DNA of 3,842 nucleotides from IMG/VR virus record IMGVR_UViG_2663762948_000004, one strand, 5' to 3'. A program made the translations under genes and the position numbers. Below are positions 1-3,842 of this stretch, in pieces. Under the pieces are notes generated by a model. The model made no database searches, was not told the DNA's origin, and saw only the letters and a program-made list of their open reading frames with translations. This stretch comes from a virus. Its lineage: Duplodnaviria; Heunggongvirae; Uroviricota; Caudoviricetes. How positions within the stretch are numbered: the first letter of the stretch is position 1; each line of letters begins with the position of its first letter.

Positions 1-192
1 TCAGGAGCATTTCTGATTAACGCCACCGTTAAGAATCCACCCCTCAACAGCTTCACGAAGGTATGATTTGGGGTGGGTTCTGACTGGCTTCGGAAATCCG
101 TGCCGTTTGGTATAGTTCCAGATTGTCTGACGTGATGAAACACCGAGCTTGTTCATCACTTCTTTCTCAGGAATCAGGCTGGTATCGGTCAT
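1..192 (-). CDS. AlpA/Xis-family DNA-binding protein (prophage excisionase-like regulator), 63 aa
   Basis: Complete ORF: ATG at 192..190, TGA at 3..1. GGAGA Shine-Dalgarno 6 nt upstream (plus 203-207). Translation LIPEKEVMNKLGVSSRQTIWNYTKRHGFPKPV...EAVEGWI fits the AlpA/Xis winged-helix pattern (S-x-x-TI-W/Y ... G-FP-x-P ... W ... EV-x-x-WI) as I recall it from E. coli AlpA. Confidence 0.7.
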   Translation of the reverse strand: MTDTSLIPEKEVMNKLGVSSRQTIWNYTKRHGFPKPVRTHPKSYLREAVEGWILNGGVNQKCS

Positions 193-351
193 CTTAATTC
201 TCCAGGCAAAAATAAACCGCCATATAGCGGCTCTATCAGATATGTACAGGCCTCATCGAGTGTGAGGCGTTAGTCATTGCGTAGCTCGCTGATTATTCTG
301 TAAGTCTCTGGTGCTTTGCTATCTCACGCAGTGCCTGATAGTCAATCTTGC

Positions 352-519
352 TCACTGGTTGCCTCCTTTACGCCACATCGCATTCAGATATTTGTTTTGA
401 TTCACTGATGGAAAAGAATTTCTCTTAAGCAATTCTTCTCTCGATGGCATTGGCTTTACGCGTTGGCGAATAATCATTTCTGCCGGAAGAATGCCGGGAT
501 TGTATGCAAGTCCTCTCAT
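352..519 (-). CDS. hypothetical small protein, 55 aa (below the ORF-track length cutoff)
   Basis: ATG at 519..517 with GAGGA (plus 527-531) 7 nt upstream, starting 17 nt after the stop of the 104-aa gene; TGA at 354..352. Product [55 protein letters not shown]. No family recognised. Confidence 0.3.
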   Translation of the reverse strand: MRGLAYNPGILPAEMIIRQRVKPMPSREELLKRNSFPSVNQNKYLNAMWRKGGNQ

Positions 520-535
520 GATTAATTCCTCTTTG

Positions 536-850
536 TTAATTTATTCGTATGCCTGCTCTTTCTTCATCGAGTTTTTTTAGCTTGTATCGCATAGCTCTTA
601 CTGAATAAATTGAGCGGCAGGTTGCAATTGCTATTTCTTCTGCGGAGAACTTACCGAAAAGTGATACTTCGGCTCTTGTCCAGCGTCTTCCACGAAGTCG
701 GCTAACAATGTCAGCTCCAATCCTTGTTGCTTTCGCCATTACTGCTTTTTCAGTCCTTTCCAGTTTTTCAGCGATAACTTCAACTGGCATTGTCGCCGCC
801 ACTTCGCGCAAGAAATCGACTTCCCATTTCTCCCATGGAGTCTTTTTCAT
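536..850 (-). CDS. hypothetical protein with two tandem HTH-like repeats (putative DNA-binding), 104 aa
   Basis: ORF-track ORF, ATG at 850..848, 11 nt downstream of the Gam-like gene stop; no strong SD, so possibly translationally coupled. Residues ~5-45 and ~55-95 are an internal duplication (W-x-EV-x-F/L ... E-x-IA ... R-T/S ... V-x-A ... R/K-I/L), resembling GcrA-N or SANT-like helix-turn-helix motifs. Confidence 0.55.
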   Translation of the reverse strand: MKKTPWEKWEVDFLREVAATMPVEVIAEKLERTEKAVMAKATRIGADIVSRLRGRRWTRAEVSLFGKFSAEEIAIATCRSIYSVRAMRYKLKKLDEERAGIRIN

Positions 851-861
851 AGTCGATACCG

Positions 862-1344
862 TTATTTGATAAGAAGTGAAGGTTTCCCAACTTTGAGTTG
901 AGCGCCAGGGATATTTATTCCTGCTTTTAGTTGGTGTTTGATTGCCAGTTTGTCGGCTTTAATTATCGTTTCAAACTCAACGTATTCAGGAGGAAGGGCG
1001 CTTGAGTCGATGATTTCTACAGTTTCTGACGGTTTGCGGATTGTTACCTGGTGAATACCTGCTCGAATCTTTTTCTTGCCAACCATTTCAAGCGATGACG
1101 CTATATACGCCATAATGCTGTCAATCTTATTTTGAATTACTGCGGCTCGCTCATTTAGTGACTTTGCCTCTTCCTTGAGGCGTTCAGCATAACCAGATTC
1201 ATTTTTAATAATGGCGAGAAGTTGCTCTATTTTATCGGTAAATTCTCCTTCCATCCCTTCTATTGTGTCAGCAATCATCTCTGGCTCTAAATCTGAATCC
1301 ATCAATTTTGCGTATTCATTGGCAATTTCATACAGTTTGCTCAC
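862..1344 (-). CDS. Mu-Gam-like / siphovirus Gp157-family protein (putative DNA-end-binding host-nuclease inhibitor), about 160 aa
   Basis: The ORF track starts it at TTG 1350, but GGAGG (plus 1351-1355) sits immediately against that codon and 6 nt upstream of GTG at 1344..1342, so GTG is the likelier start (MSKLYEIANEY...). The C-terminal half (GKKKIRAGIHQVTIRKPSETVEI ... FETIIKADKLAIKHQL ... IPGAQLKVGKPSLLI) resembles my recollection of phage Mu Gam; the N-terminal M-x-KLYE-I pattern is typical of Gp157-family proteins. Overlaps the recT 3' end by 17 nt. Confidence 0.55.
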   Translation of the reverse strand: MSKLYEIANEYAKLMDSDLEPEMIADTIEGMEGEFTDKIEQLLAIIKNESGYAERLKEEAKSLNERAAVIQNKIDSIMAYIASSLEMVGKKKIRAGIHQVTIRKPSETVEIIDSSALPPEYVEFETIIKADKLAIKHQLKAGINIPGAQLKVGKPSLLIK

Positions 1345-2239
1345 TGGCAACCTCCAGTTTCGCTTTGCATTCTATGTAAATGGCTTGTACGTTCTGCTGC
1401 AATTTCATTCCAGATGTCAGGCGATATGCTTCTGCAAAATATCGCTTCAAATCATCCATGTTTTCTGCCTGAGCCATTTCATCACAAAGAAGTTGTGCTT
1501 TATCCGTTATTTCCTGCTGGCGTTTCCGTTCATCTTCGCGGATATCTTCCTCTGATTTGTGCGGCATAACTGGTTCAGTCCACACACCTTCTTCTTCGTT
1601 TAGTACGTGAATAGCACTATCAAGACGTGATGCCTTAGGCCAATACTTGCTTGCACGCTTTACGACCGTCTTTCGCGCCATCTCATTCCAGTGATTTACC
1701 CATGGTCCTTTATCGCTGAATGCCGCCTTGCTTGTTTTCCTTACAGCCTCAATTTCAGCCAGACTCATCTCTTCCGTTAGATAATCACCTGCTGGCGTCT
1801 TAACTGTGCAGTAAACGCCAACGATATCACCACGATCACCGAAGGCGTTGTATTTATGGGTTGGTGCTTTATCAAGCCCGTTTGACTCATAGGTATCGTT
1901 AGCATGAACAAGTTTTGCCTGACCCCATGAGATAACACCAGACTCCATTGCAATATGGAGCAATCCCATATAGCTGATATCAAGGCACACCATGCCGTCG
2001 CGAGGAACCAGATAAGCCAGTTTGCTGGCCGGGTTTAAGGTGATGCCGATCGCCGCAACATTGATGATGGCGTTCTGTGCGCTGGTTGGATTTGCCAGTG
2101 CTGTTTTAGCCAGGTAATCGTTTTTCTGGAAATACTGAATTGCAAACTGGCTTTCCTTAGCCCATGTCACCGTCTGTTCAGTCAATGCTCCGCAGAATAA
2201 CTGCTCCTGCTGTTTAACGAATTCAACGATATTGCTCAT
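1328..2239 (-). CDS. recT: RecT-family single-strand annealing protein (phage recombinase), 303 aa
   Basis: Complete ORF; ATG at 2239..2237 with GGAGA 6 nt upstream; ATGA overlap with the upstream 103-aa ORF. Contains the conserved RecT core GPWVNHWNEMARKTVVKRASKYWP (compare Rac RecT GPWVTHWEEMAKKTAIRRLFKYLP, from memory) and the upstream SYMGLLHIAMESG block. Confidence 0.85.
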   Translation of the reverse strand: MSNIVEFVKQQEQLFCGALTEQTVTWAKESQFAIQYFQKNDYLAKTALANPTSAQNAIINVAAIGITLNPASKLAYLVPRDGMVCLDISYMGLLHIAMESGVISWGQAKLVHANDTYESNGLDKAPTHKYNAFGDRGDIVGVYCTVKTPAGDYLTEEMSLAEIEAVRKTSKAAFSDKGPWVNHWNEMARKTVVKRASKYWPKASRLDSAIHVLNEEEGVWTEPVMPHKSEEDIREDERKRQQEITDKAQLLCDEMAQAENMDDLKRYFAEAYRLTSGMKLQQNVQAIYIECKAKLEVASEQTV

Positions 2240-2547
2240 GCAGCTTCTCCAAAAATGTGTCTGCGTTTGAATATTGCGAAGGCATATTCAGCCTTAACTC
2301 TTTCGGTTATTGCATCCCAGAACCATTCAGCGGCTTTTTCCTGATAGTTACAGTCATCATCTTCCAGCCAGTCGATAGCGTCCTTAGTGTGTTCATCTGG
2401 TTTATATGAGCGAAGCATTTCGCTTATTGGGTCGCAACGTTTGCAGAGGCGATCAACTTCACTGTTGATTCGTTCGTAATCTTCATCAGTAAAACTTGCG
2501 ATTATTTGCGATATTTCACGCTTATCATTCAGAGTCAGAATCATCAT
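2236..2547 (-). CDS. hypothetical acidic protein, 103 aa
   Basis: ORF-track ORF with tandem ATG ATG start (2547..2542) and AGGAG 4 and 7 nt upstream; stop overlaps the recT start (ATGA). By my count 24 Asp+Glu against 15 Lys+Arg, with a DWLEDDD acidic patch. No family recognised. Confidence 0.55.
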   Translation of the reverse strand: MMILTLNDKREISQIIASFTDEDYERINSEVDRLCKRCDPISEMLRSYKPDEHTKDAIDWLEDDDCNYQEKAAEWFWDAITERVKAEYAFAIFKRRHIFGEAA

Positions 2548-2632
2548 CTTTCTCCTGTTCTTTGTGCTGATTGAGCATTTCTTTCATCTGACGAATGAAT
2601 TCTTCGTCTGACCAGTTATCTGTAAAACTCAT
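2525..2632 (-). CDS. hypothetical highly acidic peptide, 35 aa
   Basis: ATG at 2632..2630 overlaps the TGA of the upstream 50-aa ORF (ATGA), suggesting translational coupling; its own SD is poor (AGGAA directly abutting the ATG). Product MSFTDNWSDEEFIRQMKEMLNQHKEQEKDDDSDSE, 12 acidic against 4 basic residues. Its 3' end overlaps the 103-aa ORF start by 23 nt. Confidence 0.25.
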   Translation of the reverse strand: MSFTDNWSDEEFIRQMKEMLNQHKEQEKDDDSDSE

Positions 2633-2781
2633 TTCCTGCGATACCACGGAAGGTTGATAGCTGATTTCATCGCTTTATTTGCTTCAAGCCACATTTTTGA
2701 ATCAACAATAAATCGGGCTATTACTGCTTTGTTCTGTGCAGCACGAAGCATCTGGTGATTAATGGCTATTTCATTGCGCAT
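2629..2781 (-). CDS. hypothetical basic small protein, 50 aa
   Basis: ATG at 2781..2779 with GGAG 5 nt upstream; overlaps the 3' end of the 44-aa ORF by 16 nt. Product MRNEIAINHQMLRAAQNKAVIARFIVDSKMWLEANKAMKSAINLPWYRRK. Below the ORF-track cutoff; no family recognised. Confidence 0.3.
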   Translation of the reverse strand: MRNEIAINHQMLRAAQNKAVIARFIVDSKMWLEANKAMKSAINLPWYRRK

Positions 2782-2900
2782 AACGACTCCAGTTGTTTCT
2801 TTGCTGCTCTGATTAATTGTTTAACTCGGCGTGATAATTCAGATTCGTGCGGGTAGAAAGCGGACATGACGCCGCTACCCGCGAGCTGAAAGTGCATCAT
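2766..2900 (-). CDS. hypothetical small protein, 44 aa (internal-start version of the 92-aa track ORF 2766..3044)
   Basis: ATG ATG at 2900..2895 is preceded by a strong AAGGAG (plus 2907-2912) with 6-nt spacing. The 92-aa alternative starts at 3044 with no usable SD and would read through the terminator-like hairpin at 2964-2988. Product MMHFQLAGSGVMSAFYPHESELSRRVKQLIRAAKKQLESLCAMK. Confidence 0.4.
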   Translation of the reverse strand: MMHFQLAGSGVMSAFYPHESELSRRVKQLIRAAKKQLESLCAMK

Positions 2901-2963
2901 GGGTAACTCCTTATATTTGATTGCATAACGAAAACGCCTCGAGTGAAGCGTTATTGGTATGCT

Positions 2964-2988
2964 AAAAAAGGCCCTCACATTGGAGGGC
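2964..2988 (-). terminator. putative Rho-independent terminator on the minus strand
   Basis: Minus-strand reading GCCCTC-caatgt-GAGGGC-c-TTTTTT: a 6-bp stem with 5 G:C pairs (plus 2971-2976 pairing 2983-2988), a 6-nt loop, then a T6 tract (plus 2964-2969). It lies in the 183-bp gap between the 62-aa gene stop and the 44-aa ORF start. Confidence 0.5.
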
Positions 2989-3050
2989 AAAGAAGATTTC
3001 CAATAATCAGAACAAGTCGGCTCCTGTTTAGTTACGAGCGACATTGCTCC

Positions 3051-3078
3051 GTGTATTCACTCGTTGGAATGAATACAC
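3051..3078. repeat. perfect 9-bp inverted repeat GTGTATTCA-N10-TGAATACAC (candidate operator or RNA hairpin)
   Basis: Plus 3051-3059 is the exact reverse complement of 3070-3078. It sits 5 nt downstream of the 62-aa gene stop, and a boxA-like CGCTCGTAA (minus strand, plus 3032-3040) lies just beyond it on the transcript. Confidence 0.5.
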
Positions 3079-3083
3079 AGTGC

Positions 3084-3272
3084 TTATTCGTCATGCATTT
3101 CAGGTAATTCTTCGTATTCGACTCCCCATACGAGTTTACACCAAGTGACTCGCTCATATCTTTTACAAAAATCAGACCACATAACTTGTGTTCCATCATG
3201 GTTTGTTATTACTTCTGTAATATCACCAACACTAACAAAACTGGTATTAGAAGCAGTTATTTTTACTTTCAT
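3084..3272 (-). CDS. hypothetical small protein, 62 aa
   Basis: ORF-track ORF; ATG at 3272..3270 overlaps the TAA of the upstream 98-aa gene by 1 nt (TAATG), with GGGGA 6 nt upstream. No family recognised. Confidence 0.5.
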   Translation of the reverse strand: MKVKITASNTSFVSVGDITEVITNHDGTQVMWSDFCKRYERVTWCKLVWGVEYEELPEMHDE

Positions 3273-3568
3273 TACTTATCCCCAAGAGCTTTTCTGATTG
3301 CTGCGATACCTTTATTAACAGCTCCATACCATTCTGGATATGTTGTCGTTGTTCTATTTTTGGTTTGCTTAAGTAATAACTGAAGTGCTTCGAGAAGGTC
3401 AGGCGCTGCCGCTATTAGATTGGCATCTTCAATGCATTGAACTTCCTCACAGATTGCAATATACGAACGCCAGCCAGTGCCATTTTCAAGAGAGTCTGCC
3501 TGGATGATTTTAATCTCATCGCCATCCATCATTATTTCCCACTTACCTTCAGTACCTTTAAATTCCAT
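3272..3568 (-). CDS. Ead/Ea22-like prophage protein (tentative), 98 aa
   Basis: ORF-track ORF; ATG at 3568..3566 with GAGG 5 nt upstream. The motif ANLIAAAPDLLEALQ matches my recollection of the conserved A-N-x-R-LIAAAPELLEAL region of enterobacterial prophage Ead/Ea22-like proteins. The assignment is from memory only. Confidence 0.5.
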   Translation of the reverse strand: MEFKGTEGKWEIMMDGDEIKIIQADSLENGTGWRSYIAICEEVQCIEDANLIAAAPDLLEALQLLLKQTKNRTTTTYPEWYGAVNKGIAAIRKALGDK

Positions 3569-3620
3569 GTTAGCCTCTGTTGTTTATGCCAAAAATAAAG
3601 GCCACCGTCAGGCAGCCTTG

Positions 3621-3842
3621 TGAATCGCCACGGATAATCTAGACACTTCCGAGCCGTTGATAATACTGGTTTTCATATTCTGTCGGTGACATCTGTTCGC
3701 TAGAACCATGCCGACGCTTACTGTTATAAAACATTTCGATGTAATCAAAAATATCACTGCGGGCTTCTTCCCGCGTTCCGTAGATCTTTTTCTTTATCCG
3801 TTCACGTTTCAACAACTGGAAAAAACTTTCTGCAACCGCATT
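3621..3842 (-). mobile_element. IS3-family insertion sequence, right-end portion (partial; terminus placed approximately)
   Basis: Contains the transposase 3' end. The terminus is inferred at about plus 3619-3622, where TGTGAATCGCCACGG begins with the 5'-TG typical of IS3-family ends and resembles IS3-group terminal repeats as I recall them. It must lie right of 3580 because the 98-aa gene RBS and start are at 3566-3580. Confidence 0.5.
3639..3842 (-). CDS. IS3-family transposase OrfB (DDE integrase catalytic domain), C-terminal 67 aa; 5' end outside the window
   Basis: Minus-strand frame open to the window edge, TAG at 3641..3639. Translation NAVAESFFQLLKRERIKKKIYGTREEARSDIFDYIEMFYNSKRRHGSSEQMSPTEYENQYYQRLGSV carries the IS3-family signature around the third catalytic acidic residue (N-A-x-x-E-S-F-F with a basic residue 7 positions later) and the F-Y-N-x-x-R-x-H tail. 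Confidence 0.8.
   Translation of the reverse strand, partial: NAVAESFFQLLKRERIKKKIYGTREEARSDIFDYIEMFYNSKRRHGSSEQMSPTEYENQYYQRLGSV

Noticed and set aside
205-230. Possible minus-strand terminator (CCGC stem followed by TTTATTTTT) upstream of the AlpA-like gene
   Set aside because: Only a 4-bp stem; too weak to call. It overlaps the candidate promoter and RBS region of the AlpA-like gene.
1345-1350. TTG start assigned by the ORF track to the Gam-like gene
   Set aside because: The GGAGG sits immediately against this TTG with zero spacing; GTG at 1344 has ideal 6-nt spacing.
1211-1555. Plus-strand 114-aa ORF
   Set aside because: Lies entirely antisense to the recT 3' end and the Gam-like gene; the product is a low-complexity hydrophobic string (S, I, L and F rich) with no RBS. 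Typical shadow ORF.
1777-1983. Minus-strand 68-aa ORF
   Set aside because: Alternative frame embedded within the recT coding region; no independent start signal.
2912-2963. Candidate sigma70 promoter (TTCACT-16-TGCAAT) for the small-ORF/recT block
   Set aside because: Both hexamers match consensus at only 4 of 6 positions, so it is indistinguishable from chance in AT-rich DNA.
2901-3044. N-terminal 48 codons of the 92-aa track ORF
   Set aside because: No SD at the 3044 ATG (GGAG is only 2 nt away), and the segment spans a terminator-like hairpin and T-tract. An internal start with a strong SD is preferred, though the long form cannot be excluded without comparative data.
3186-3383. Plus-strand 65-aa ORF
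   Set aside because: Antisense to the 62-aa and 98-aa genes; hydrophobic, low-complexity translation; no RBS.
1-3842. CRISPR arrays, tRNA or rRNA genes, Chi sites
   Set aside because: No regularly spaced direct repeats, no tRNA-like or rRNA-like segments and no GCTGGTGG or its complement were seen on reading the sequence. A short tRNA cannot be fully excluded without a covariance-model scan.

Overview
The window reads as the early-left (recombination and excision) arm of a lambdoid-type prophage, probably enterobacterial, with an IS3-family insertion sequence abutting its right end. Every supportable gene is on the minus strand, tightly packed and often overlapping by 1 to 23 nt. Read in transcript order (right to left): the 3' end of an IS3-family transposase (3639..3842, truncated by the window), a 98-aa Ead/Ea22-like protein, a 62-aa protein, a non-coding stretch holding a perfect 9-bp inverted repeat and an intrinsic-terminator-like hairpin with a T-tract, then four short ORFs (44, 50, 35 and 103 aa), a RecT-family annealing protein (303 aa), a Mu-Gam/Gp157-like protein, a 104-aa protein with two tandem HTH-like repeats, a 55-aa ORF missed by the ORF track, and an AlpA/Xis-family excisionase-like gene at the left edge. 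No rRNA, tRNA or CRISPR array is evident. The most interesting parts are the uncharacterised cluster of short acidic and basic ORFs just upstream of recT, the terminator and inverted repeat that would make recombination-module expression depend on antitermination, and the IS insertion about 50 bp upstream of the first prophage gene. All family assignments rest on motifs recognised by eye and from memory; no database search was run.
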